DNA from: Octopus vulgaris
Lineage: Eukaryota
Assembly: GCA_951406725.2 (NCBI GenBank)
Contig: OX597840.1
Coordinates: 22,816,001 to 22,880,000, forward strand
Length of the DNA: 64,000 nucleotides
Reading direction: 5' to 3'
Part shown: in pieces, positions 11,990 to 22,736 of the stretch
Layout of the letters: each line of letters starts with the position of its first letter
Position numbering within the stretch: the stretch's first letter is position 1
Program-made: the position numbers and the translations under genes
The notes under the pieces: model-generated
Told to the model about the DNA's origin: nothing
The model's input: only the letters and a program-made list of their open reading frames with translations
Databases searched by the model: none

Positions 11990-12370
11990 CCTTTCTTTTT
12001 GACAATGGCTGGGCATTGTCTTGTTGGAAGACTAATTCTTTTCTGTTCTTTGATATATTTTGGTTCAAATTAGCCAGTTGACGACAGAACACATCAGAAT
12101 TAATGGTCTGGTTTTATGGGAGAAGGTCATAATAAACAATGCCTTTATGATCCCACCAAACACAAAGCACAGGTGTGTTGCCATGGATATTCATCTTTGG
12201 TTGCTTGGGGGATATTTCTGCAAACTCCAGGATCAGTTTTGCACAACATTAAACATGCAATCCATTTTTCATCTCCAGTCACAATTCGTTTCCAAAAGAG
12301 GGCATGCTTTCTTGCCAATTCAAAAGCATATCCCAAACGGAATACTGGTCCCAGCAATTCTTTTCTGAGA
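11990..12370 (-). mobile_element. Mariner transposase remnant (inverted paralog ~36790-37185)
   Basis: KRIVTGDEKWI and VFQQDNA motifs, fragmented. Confidence 0.75.
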
Positions 12371-13027
12371 GTTTCAAGCACCCATATATTAAAGCAAAGA
12401 GTAAGATAGAAAGAGGGACAGAGAGAAGCATACATGATATGTGATAGAGGGGAACATAATATTTATTACATGATTAAAAAAGTTAGTTGAAGTTGATGAT
12501 ATAGAGAAGTTAGCAATATAATTTTAGCAGAGTGGTGATGTTCTGATGGTGAGATTTGAGGCACAAAGAGAGAGAGAGAGATGATGGTTGTGGTGGAGGA
12601 AATGGTGATAAACAGTGCATAGTTAAAAGTAATTTGATTTTTAATTGAACAAAGGTTTTTCTATCACGTATTTGCAGAATTGTATAAATTACCGTGTAAA
12701 AAGTACAAAATCACAATAATTTGATATTTCTCCCCCTTTTTTTACTTGAACAGCTTCCAAATATTGTTTTCTAAATGGGAAAGAATGATCAAACTTTAAA
12801 CCACAGTAACTTTTTAAAAAATTCTTTTGTGGAAGAAGCAAATTAACTGATGGAATTCAGCGTGGAAAATTATGGGGATACCTCAAATACGGAAATTTTC
12901 ACTACACTCGAACATTTCCACATGTGGCCGCAAAACGGAAAAGGGTTGGTGATAATAATAATTGTGATGAAGCCGAATATTGAAGAAATCTCTTTCACAA
13001 AATACCAAATCTATAAAGTAGAGCCGC

Positions 13028-13099
13028 GTGCGTGTTTGGAATGCGTCCCCGCTTTTGGTATTATTTTATAAGTATTACTACGCTGTGTCTAAAGTTATA
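13028..13099 (+). mobile_element. Fragment of the Gypsy LTR (U3 part)
   Basis: Matches 21198-21270 (GCGTGCGTG...CCCCGCTTTTGG...CTAAAGTTATA). Confidence 0.75.
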
Positions 13100-13321
13100 T
13101 AAGTTAGTTAATTTGGCTCAAAAGCAAATAGCAAGGCCATGTAGGGGGACATGGAGTTGAGTACAGGGTGGTGTTCATGTAAAGAGTTCAGGCCACTTGA
13201 GGTCCAGGGAGGCTTTGAACAAAGCGGTCGTCTGCATCTTCACCATCTCGTCTGGCAGCTTGTTCCACGGATCTGCAACCCGGACGGAGAAAGCTCCTCT
13301 CCTTCGATTGAGATGAAATCG

Positions 13322-16000
13322 TCACAGGTAGAGCTTTTCGGAATGACCCCGCAGCCGACGCTCTGGAGCAGGAGTGAAGAACAGCTCTTTCGAGAGGTTA
13401 CACTTTCCGCTTATGATGTTGTGGGCGAGAATGAGATCGCCACGCCGGCGGCGTTTTTCAAGAGAATAAAGGTCGAGCGTCCTCAGCCTTTCTTCGTAGG
13501 ACAAATTTTTGAGACCATGAACCATGCGGGTAGCCAGCTTCTGGACTCTTTCGAGATGCTGTATGTCTTTGAGGAGATAAGGAGAAGAGGCTTGAATCCC
13601 ATACTCCAATATGGGTCTCACCAGCGTGACATAGAGTGGTAGGAATATGGCTGCTGTGAGCATTCCGAATGACCGTCGAATCAAGAACAGAATTCCGCAT
13701 GCTTTGTTGGCAGCATGGACGCACTGGGCCGAAGGCGAAAAGGAGGAATCCACCAAGATACCCAGGTCCTTTACCTGATCGGTCCTCTCCAGCAGCAGAC
13801 GACCCGGCTCGAAATCAAGTTGAGTTGCAGGAGTAGAGCCGACAGGCAGATGACAGCACTTTGACACGTTCAGACACAGGTCCCAATCGTTAGACCACTT
13901 CCAAATTTGGTGGAGGCATCGACGAAGATCCTCTATATTACCGTGAGGAGCGACCAGTTTGATATCGTCGGCAAATAGAAGGGTGTGTTGCGTGAGGTCG
14001 TCGGGCAAGTCATTTATGAAGACTAAGAACAACAAGGGCCCAAGCACTGAACCTTGAGGCACGCCACTGCTCGCACTGGAGACGTCAGACTGCGAACCAT
14101 TAACTTGGACTTGGAAGGAGCGATCTGAGAGGAAGGCACCAACCCATTGTATAATATCCGGATGGAAACTATATGCTTGAAGCTTGACAAGTAATAGGCG
14201 GTGGTTTACCGAGTCAAAAGCTTTGGCAAAGTCCAATAAAACGATGTCAACAGCATCACTATCATCGAGAATGCGCGTCACCAATTCTTCCATTACTAGT
14301 AAGTTGGTCAAGCATGATCTCTTCGGCACGAAGCCGTGTTGGGAATCAGAGATAGAGGCTGTGTTTAGGAGGTGGAGCATCATACTTTTCTTAAGGATGG
14401 TTTCGAACATCTTGCTGATTATTGATGTAAGGGAAACCGGTCGGTAGTTAAGCGGGTCTTCGCGGCTCCCTTTCTTGAAAATTGGGCAGATTATCGCTGT
14501 TCTCCAGTCTGCAGGTATAACACCCGTCGCCAATGACATATTGAATAGTCGTGTTAAGGGCTCGCAGATGACCGGAGCCAACGCTTTGATAACCCGTGGG
14601 TGTATGCCGTCAGGGCCATGACCCTTGTTGACATCGAGGCCTTGAATAACACGTTTGACTTCGTCCCGCGTGATGACCAATCGAAGCATTGGAGGTACCG
14701 ATCTATCAAATGGAGGGGGTTCACGACCATCATCTTGTTTGAAAATAGTTGAAAAAGCCTCGGCAAATAATTGACTGTTGATAAGGGTCCTCAATCGATA
14801 CGCCTGTTGAGTCTACCAACGTTGCAATCTGGTTGTTCAAGCGGGAATACCGCTGGACATGGGCAAAGAAGGTTTTTGGATTGCTACTGGCATTTGCCGC
14901 GATTTTGTATTCATAACTGAAGCGTTCTTTCTTTTCAATTTTCACGGCTCGGTCTCGTTGAGTTTTGTACACCTCAAAAGCTGCAGTCGAATCCAGATTT
15001 TTGAATTCAGCCCAAGCAATATCTCTGAGTCGACGTTCTTGTTTAACCTTCTTCGTCACCCAGGGCTTGTGTTTCTTCTTCTTGGGAAGCCCAACGGGAA
15101 CTGCCTGGTCAGTCAAACAGATTACATATGCTTTGAGGGATGACCATAGTTCGTCAACAGAGGACAACGTCATCAGGGATCGCCAGTCCAGAAGCGCGGA
15201 AGCCTCGGTTAGAATTTCAAGATTAATTGCAGAGAAGACTCTACGTGGCAGCGAAGTAGTCGTGGGCGTAGAAAAAGTTGTGTGCATGACGAACTTCAGG
15301 ACCGCATGATCACTCTTGGCAAGAGGGGTGCACACAGATACGTCTGACACTGATCTTGGATAGCGGGAGAATACCAGATCTAGCATAGATGGCTGCTGCC
15401 CAGACCGATGCCTTGTCGGATATTCAACATGTTGCGATAGAAAACAGTCTTCAGTCACGTCAAGAAGGGCCTGGCCGAAACGGGAAGATGTTGTACAAAT
15501 TGATGTGGGCCAATCAATCGTGGGAGCGTTGAAGTCTCCTAGTACCAAACAGTCATGCGAAGCTGAAACGAATCTTATCGCTTCGAGTAAATGAGCATCG
15601 TCCTGGGGGTTGGCAAGAGGCGGCCTGTAGACAGCCAACACGGGCAGGCAAAACTCAGATAGGCTCAGCTTGCAATAGACGGCATCGAATTTTGTTGTAG
15701 GTTGAGCATTAGTGGGTAGAATACCGCTGGACGGTTTGTGCTCAGACTTAACATACACAGCAACACCTCCACCTCGCCTTTTTCCTCTGTCACATCTGAA
15801 AACGACGTAGCCCTGCAGGTGGATTTCTGAGTCCTTTACTGCTGGAGTCAGCCAAGTCTCGGTGATAGCTATCACATCAGGGGAGTCACGTATGGCCAGT
15901 GTAAATAGTTCACTGAACTTTGGGAATAAGGAGCACGAGTTGGTGTAGACGATGCTGAGCTGTGAAGTCTGAGGGGCGGGAGTTGGGGAACAAGCAGAAT
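13322..16000 (-). pseudogene. CR1 LINE ORF2 (APE-RT), frameshift near 14790
   Basis: APE motifs in ORF 14730-16682; RT motifs in ORF 13322-14794. Confidence 0.88.
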
Positions 16001-16621
16001 AAGGGGTATCAGAGATAGCATCGTTGATGGGGGTATCGACTTCACTTCGATTTGCCCTCACATCACTTTCCCTGTCAGCACTACAGCATGGGACCAGAGG
16101 TAGGACTTGATTATCTGTCCATCTTGGATTCGTAAACCCTTCTCTCGCATTTGTTTCCTCATCTTTAGTTCGGATATTAGGTTTCTCTGGCGAATTCTCT
16201 CTCTTAGTGAGTATTCCTCGCGAAAACCCATATTGGGGTCCTCCCAGGCATGCGTCTGAGCTCTGTTCAGAAAGACTGAAGCCTCCCGATCGGAGGAGAA
16301 GATTACCCTTATTGGTATCTGAGGTTGGGTTCGCTTGGAATCTTCCTAGCCGAGCGACCTTATGGACACTGACATTTTCGTTCACAGAGAACAATTTTCC
16401 AACTAAAATGGAAACAAAATTAATGTCATCTTTTAGGCAGTTTATGCCTGTATCACAGGTGGATTCAGCTTTACCATAAATTATTGCTGATCTTGAGTGG
16501 GCAAAATGTTCTCTACTATGAGCTGCGGTATTCGATTCTTCATTGGAAGATTTCGAAAGGGTGGTTTCATAGCCATTGGACTTAGGTCGGCCTGTGGGGT
16601 CGATCGGAATGGGTTTAGTGG

Positions 16622-17491
16622 TCATAATTTTCCCGCCTGGTTTGGAACTGCACTGCCTCTTCTTCGGTTTGGGGAGCACCACTCCCCAGATGAACTCACA
16701 TCGAGATCGTTCAGAATTGGTTGAGCAATGGCATTAATGGGAAGGACAAGTGAGGGAGAATCCAAACAGATTTTATCGTGATCAGGTTTCATAGCTAAAT
16801 CTGCCCCACTGGAGTTTTGACTACGTTTCTTCTTTTGGGGAGAATAACGGTCCTCAGGTGGGTTTGAGTCTACGCTCCTCAAATTAGGTTGGGGAACCTC
16901 CGGGACCGAAAAGGCAGATGAGGAAGAATCCGCACAGGAACGATCATGTGCAGAAATGACCGCCGGTTCCTTCGCCTTCTTTGGCCGCTTCGATTTTGTT
17001 CCCTTCGGTTTGGACGTCTCCAGGGAAGAAATCAAGGGTGACTCTGCGTCAACAGGAGACTGTTTATTGTGGTCAGGTTTCATAGCTAAATCTGCCCCAC
17101 TGGAGTTTTGACTACGTTTCTTCTTTTGGGGAGAACAACGGTCCTCAGGTGGGTTTGAGTCTACGCTCCTCAAATTAGGTTGGGGAACCTCCGGGACCGA
17201 AAAGGCAGATGAGGAAGAATCCGCACAGGAACAATCATGTGCAGAAACGACCGCCGGTTCCTTCGCCATCTTTGGCCGCTTCGATTTTGTTGTCTCCAGG
17301 GAAGAAATCAAGGGTGACTCTGCGTCAACAGGAGACTGTTTATTCAGTAAGAGAGCAACAACAGACTTTAGGTGCTCGACCTCTTGTTTGAGCAACAGCA
17401 ACTGCTCGTTGAGCTGACTGTTGGTAGGACCATCATCTTGATGAGAAGCCCTACTTGCAGATCTCAGTTTCGATGCGTAGGTAGCTGACAT
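16622..17491 (-). CDS. CR1 LINE ORF1 (coiled coil plus duplicated low-complexity segment), C-terminus frameshifted
   Basis: ORF track; an internal ~90-aa tandem duplication. Confidence 0.65.
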   Translation of the reverse strand: MSATYASKLRSASRASHQDDGPTNSQLNEQLLLLKQEVEHLKSVVALLLNKQSPVDAESPLISSLETTKSKRPKMAKEPAVVSAHDCSCADSSSSAFSVPEVPQPNLRSVDSNPPEDRCSPQKKKRSQNSSGADLAMKPDHNKQSPVDAESPLISSLETSKPKGTKSKRPKKAKEPAVISAHDRSCADSSSSAFSVPEVPQPNLRSVDSNPPEDRYSPQKKKRSQNSSGADLAMKPDHDKICLDSPSLVLPINAIAQPILNDLDVSSSGEWCSPNRRRGSAVPNQAGKL

Positions 17492-17994
17492 GATGGATGG
17501 TTGACTAAAAACAATCTTCTATGGGCTCTAGGACAAATCGGAGTTAAATCAGGAACAAAAAACAGGTGCAATCCTTGTAGGAGTAGGCAGCAGCAGACAA
17601 AATCTGAGAGAGTTTGGGCTGAGCCGAATCACAATCCAAGATTGAAAGCAGACGGTGCAACAAGTCGGGAACCCTTCCTAATTGTCTGAAGCAGCTTTAG
17701 GATAAGGGATAGTATGTCCAACTTTAGAATATTGATATACATGTAAAATGTTCCACACGATTAAATATCATTTGACGTGCCATTTAGTACTTCAATAATT
17801 GCATCTGCGCGTGTTTGTATATGTGTGAATAACGTGTTTATGTGCGAGAAGGCACATGTTTTTATCTATCGTTAAGTGTCGCTGCGCTGAATGTAGTCCA
17901 GTTCTTGTAACATGAAAAAGTAAATAAACACGTAAACGATAACAATGGCTTCATATTGGTTGTCTATCCCATTAGAAGGAAACAACACATAACA

Positions 17995-18012
17995 TGGTGG
18001 CAGCGGTGGGAT
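17995..18012 (+). other. Primer-binding site, tRNA-Leu type
   Basis: TGGTGGCAGCGGTGGGAT directly follows the LTR and is complementary to the ...AUCCCACCGCUGCCACCA 3' end of metazoan tRNA-Leu. Confidence 0.8.
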
Positions 18013-18119
18013 AATTAATCGGAAACTGTGCCTTTACAACAAAACAGAAACACAACGAACCAGAAATTAACAAACAAAACATCGCTTCGTCTTCGGACAC
18101 ACATACACGAGGATCCAAA

Positions 18120-20760
18120 ATGGCGACCCCCGTCACCATACAGATGAATCTACATCCGATCATGAACTGGGACTCCAATGATATCGTGGAAGCGTTCAAG
18201 AAATTCAAAACTCAACTAGCTTTCAAAAGTTTCCTGAAAGGCACGACTGAAGATGAAAAGGTAAGCTATATCCTTTTATGGACGGGAGAAAAAGGCCTAG
18301 ACTTATTCAATAGCTGGGACATGTCAGAATCGGATTGCAATAACCCAGACACACTTTTAGAGAAATTTGAAAGGCACCTAGAGCCCAGATCACACCATAG
18401 AATTCATAGATACGAATTCCAGGGCCTGAAACAAGACCCACAAGAAACGATTGACAATTTCCTGTCCAGACTAAAGAATGTTGCCAAAAATTGCAAATTC
18501 AAAGATAAGGACAAAAGAATTGTTGATCAATTAATATGGGGGTGTGCTCATAAAGAAGTCCAGAAATCCCTCATAGGTAAGGACGCTCTCCAGTTGATAG
18601 AAGCAGTAGACACTGCAAGAGCATCCGAAGCCACTACCAAACAAATGGCCTCACTTACCTTACAAACAAGCTCACTAGGCAGCAGTGTAGATATTGTATC
18701 TAGGCACAGGACGAAACGTACCCGCAAACAAAGAACATGCCAGTACTGTGGTACAGAGCATGAGTTCGACAACCAGAAGAAATGTCCTGCATTCGGTACA
18801 CACTGCAAAGCATGTGGAAAACCTAACCACTGGAAAAAAATGTGTAGGTTGACAAAATCCCAGAAATACATGCCCCAATTTTCAAAGAGAAGACAAAGAG
18901 ATATACATGCACAACTACATGAACAAAACACCTCAGAGGAGGAATTCTTGGCAGTCGGCACAATAAATGTGCATGAGATGGGAAATGACGACCAGAGAAA
19001 AAATGAGGCATACACAACAATAAGAATACAAAAGAAGTCTGGCAAGAAACGAATAAACATTGACTTAAGGCTGATGATTGACACTGGAGCCCAGAGTGAT
19101 ATCTTGCCTGTCAACCTCCACAAAAAGTTGTTCCCAGAACACATGACACAAGAGGATAAAATCAAAGAAGGAATCCTCACACCAAGTGATGTAATCCTCA
19201 CTGCGTACGGAGGTACCAGGATTCCACAACTGGGTAAAACAACAATCACAGGGACACACAAAGGAAAAACAATCAATTCTTGGACTCAATACCTGCAAAA
19301 AGCTAAATATTGTGTCAATCAATGGTGAAGTGAAGGCAACTCCGAGCAGGATTGACAGAGATATGCCTATCAAAGACCGACCACCATTAACAAACAAAGA
19401 GGAACTGATAAGCATGTACTCTGAATGCTTTGACAATACAGTCGGGTGCTTTGTGAAATGTCGATACCATATAACAGTCGACCCCAATATCAAACCAATT
19501 GTTCACCCACCTCGCCGCGTCCCTCTAGAACTAAAAGAGAAGCTGAAGACAGAGTTGGACAGAATGGAAAAAAAGAAATAATCACCAAAGTGACACGACC
19601 AACAGACTGGGTGAATTCAATTGTAATCAAGGAAAAACCCAATGGTACCCTACGGATATGCCTCGACCGAAGGGATCTGAACAAAGCATTAAAAAGAGAG
19701 TACCATCCAATTCCAACCCTTGAAGAAATCACACCATCATTGGCTGGATCCAAATTATTCAGCAAACTGGATGCCAGCAATGGGTACTGGAATGTAAAGA
19801 TGGACAAAGAGTCATCCATGCTCACTACCTTCAACACACCATTTCGCAGATATCGATTCAACCGACTCCCATTTGGATTGAAGATGAGCCAAGATGTTTT
19901 CCAGCGCCGAATAGATGAGACCTACCAAGGCTGCAAGGGAGCAATTGGAATAGCAGATGACATCCAAGTGCATGGCAAGGATGAGACCACACATGACTTC
20001 AATTTACATGAAGCTATGGAGAAAACCCGACAAGCAGGCATCAAACTCAATGCGGACAAGTGTGTGATAAGAGAAATGGAGTGCAAATTCTTTGGAATTA
20101 TATACTCTGCAGAGGGAGTGAAACCAGACCCCGCTAAAGTGGAAGCCATCAGAGACATTAAAGAACCTAAAGACAAGAAGGAACTCAGGAGCTTCCTGGG
20201 ACTCATCCACTACATGGGAGCCTTCATACCCAAGCTGGCCGATCACACTGCAAATCTCCGAGAACTAAACAAAGATGACGTAGAGTTTGATTGGTGTGCT
20301 TCACACACACAGTATTTCAAAGCAATCAAAAAGCTCATCAGTAAGGAGACAACTCTGCAATACTATGACAGACGCAAACCAGTAACACTCCAAGTCGATG
20401 CTTCTATGAGAGGAGTTGGTGCAGCACTGATACAGGAAGGTAAACCCATTGCATATGCCTCGAAAGCTCTCTCGCCCACAGAGACAAGGTACGCAAATAT
20501 TGAAAGGGAACTCCTGACAGTAGTATATGGATGTGAATAGTTCCATACATACCTGTATGGAAGATATTTCAATAGTGAAACAGACCATCGCCCGCTAGAA
20601 CAAATACATAGAAAAAAACCTGACAAAAGCACCAGCCAGACTGCAAAGATTACTGTTAAGGCTTCAAACATACAACTATGATATCAGGTACAAGCCAGGA
20701 AAAGACCTGATATTGGCAGATGTTCTTTCCAGACTATCCTCACATGATAAATAGGAGATG
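18120..20760 (+). pseudogene. Gypsy gag-pro-pol, frameshifted and truncated
   Basis: Double knuckle CQYCGTEH...CPAFGTHCKACGKPNHWKKMC; protease IDTGA; RT LPFGL and IADDI; RNase H VDAS and YANIERELL. Confidence 0.88.
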
Positions 20761-21469
20761 GAAGGACTAAGCATAAAGGTCCACCACATTATAAATGTAA
20801 CAACCACCCATCAGCAGACAACGTGTACAACACCTGCTGCATCAGTGACAACACCCACAGAATCATCATCCCAATGGGCACCAACCACTCACATACACCC
20901 ACCAGATGGAGAAAGAACATCCTGCCACCGGTTCGATACCGTTAAAGAAAAAATATTTTCTCTTTTTATTCATGATAAAGTGTTTTCAAAAAAAAAAATT
21001 AAATTAAAAGATAAATAACTAATTCTGCTCGATTACAAAGCAGAGGCAGAATAATCTCACGGTTTCTGCTGCAGGATGGCCACCTCACGCTGACAATCCA
21101 TTAGAGTAAGGGAGACTACTATATTTGTCTTCATTGCCAAAAGACCCCTTTTTTTTCAAGAAGAAAAGATGTTACACATTCATATATATGCGTGGGCGTG
21201 CGTGTGTGGAATACGTCCCCGCTTTTGGCACTATTTTATAAGTATTACTACGCTGTGTCTAAAGTTATAAGTGTCGCTGCGCTGAATGTAGTCCAGTTCT
21301 TGTAACATGAAAAAGTAAATAAACACGTAAAAGAATAACTATGCTTCGTATTAAGTTGGTTATCCCGTTGGAACGAAACTACACATAACAGTGATGAAGC
21401 CGAGTATTGAAGAAATCTCTTTCACAAAATACCAAATCTATTAAAGTAAAGCCGCAATTCTTTAAAGAC

Positions 21470-21792
21470 TGGAGTTAGTTCCCTTTGTTCATTGTCAAAA
21501 CTCTTCCTAATTAAGTGTATTTCTTGTTCTTGTTTCTCACGCACCTTGATTGTTTGATCAGTTCCACTTGACAACTGATATTTAAGAGGAAAACCCAATC
21601 AAATATATACAAATGATTGGTAATTAACTGTCTAAACAAACAGATACAGCATTTACGATTATGTGGACCTGAAAAATATTAATTAACGTTTGTTGTAGAA
21701 ATCTAGAAATTCTCTTGAAGCTGTCGTTGTCCACTCTGACTCCAGTTCTCACATCTTCCTCCTTCACTCTTTCTCTCCATATCTATTACTAT
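21470..21792 (+). promoter_or_regulatory. Putative promoter and exon 1 of ZF gene 2 (no Tx1 insertion)
   Basis: GGAGTTAGTTCCCTTTG, CCAAT boxes and donor GTAAGT at 21793; acceptor CTTTCAG ends at 26372. Confidence 0.6.
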
Positions 21793-22462
21793 GTAAGTAT
21801 TTATTTAAACATTTCTATTATATATGTGTCGTATTATGTACATTTATTTGTTTCGATGTGTTGAGAAAGTTAAAAGGAAAAAAAATCTCACTAAGACGAA
21901 ATTATACGAAAGGCTGTAATTTTAATACTTTCATTGTGTTGTCGTTTTCTTTTAGACATTTCATTGCACTTTTGGTTATTTTCTAAATTATTTGTAAAAA
22001 CGTCGGATCAATCCCTTGTTTAGATAACATTTATCTTACTTTCTAACGTGTAAATTTGACAATTTCGTTAAAAGCGGGAAAATTACGATGTAATTAGTAA
22101 GAAATGGGGAATGTATAAAAATACGAGTGTGCACTTGAAATACTAAAACGAAAAGCAAATATCGTATCGAGAGGAAATGGCTTTTATTTGAGACATAGGA
22201 AGTCTTTATTTCTGGTGGTTCTTCTGCATCATTACAACTTACAATTAATATCTGGGATTTGTTTTGTTTTTTTTCAGAATTTTCAGAAAATCTTTGCAAA
22301 TACATATTCTACAAACGAGAATTCAACAAACAAGCAAAAACTATGTGCTTTAAGAGCTATTTAGCTGTTATTTTTCGCACATCTCACGACCACCTGATAC
22401 CTCCCTTGTTTCCTTGTCACTCTGATGTGCTGACGTTTTTCAGTATTTTTCTCCATATAAAA

Positions 22463-22635
22463 CCGGCGAGCTGGTAGAATCGTTAGCACGTGAGTTCAAA
22501 TTCCGTCGAGGTCGACTTTGCCTTTCATCCTTTCGAGGTCGATAAATTTAGTACCAGTTGCGTACTGGGGTCTATCTAATCCACTGGGCCCCCTCTCGCA
22601 AAATTTCTGGCCTTGTGCCTAGAGTAGAAAAGATA
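22463..22635 (+). repeat. Octopus-type tRNA-derived SINE (copies ~47355-47570 - and ~62472-62647 -)
   Basis: GGCGAGCTGG..GAATCGTTAGC...GAGTTCAAATTCCG..GAGGTCGACTTTGCCTTTCATCCTTTC; A/B-box-like head. Confidence 0.65.
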
Positions 22636-22736
22636 TCCTTCTCCACATAAACACGTCGTTGGGATTTAAGTAAACAAAGTTCTAGAGTGGCAATTTTTTA
22701 AAAAATGGGAAAAATTGAAAAAACAATTTTTTTCAT

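Larger units (their letters stand above)
13100..17700 (-). mobile_element. CR1-clade LINE, near full length
   Basis: ORF1 (17491-16622), APE (YTN, ITETW, GDFN, LDL, SDH) and RT (DFAKAFD, GVPQGSVLGP, FADD, RRRRGDLI, LRGH). The 3' end is a short TAAC-type tail at ~13101-13112. Confidence 0.9.
17749..21390 (+). mobile_element. Ty3/Gypsy LTR retrotransposon (Mag-like), integrase deleted
   Basis: The 5' LTR ends ...CACATAACA at 17994 (its start is uncertain), followed by PBS, gag-pro-RT-RNase H, a purine tract AAGAAGAAAAGA before 21170, and a 3' LTR TGTTAC...TAACA at 21170-21390. Confidence 0.88.

Noticed and set aside
17995-18012. tRNA gene
   Set aside because: Only an 18-nt complement to a tRNA 3' end (the PBS); the SINE heads elsewhere also do not form full cloverleaves.
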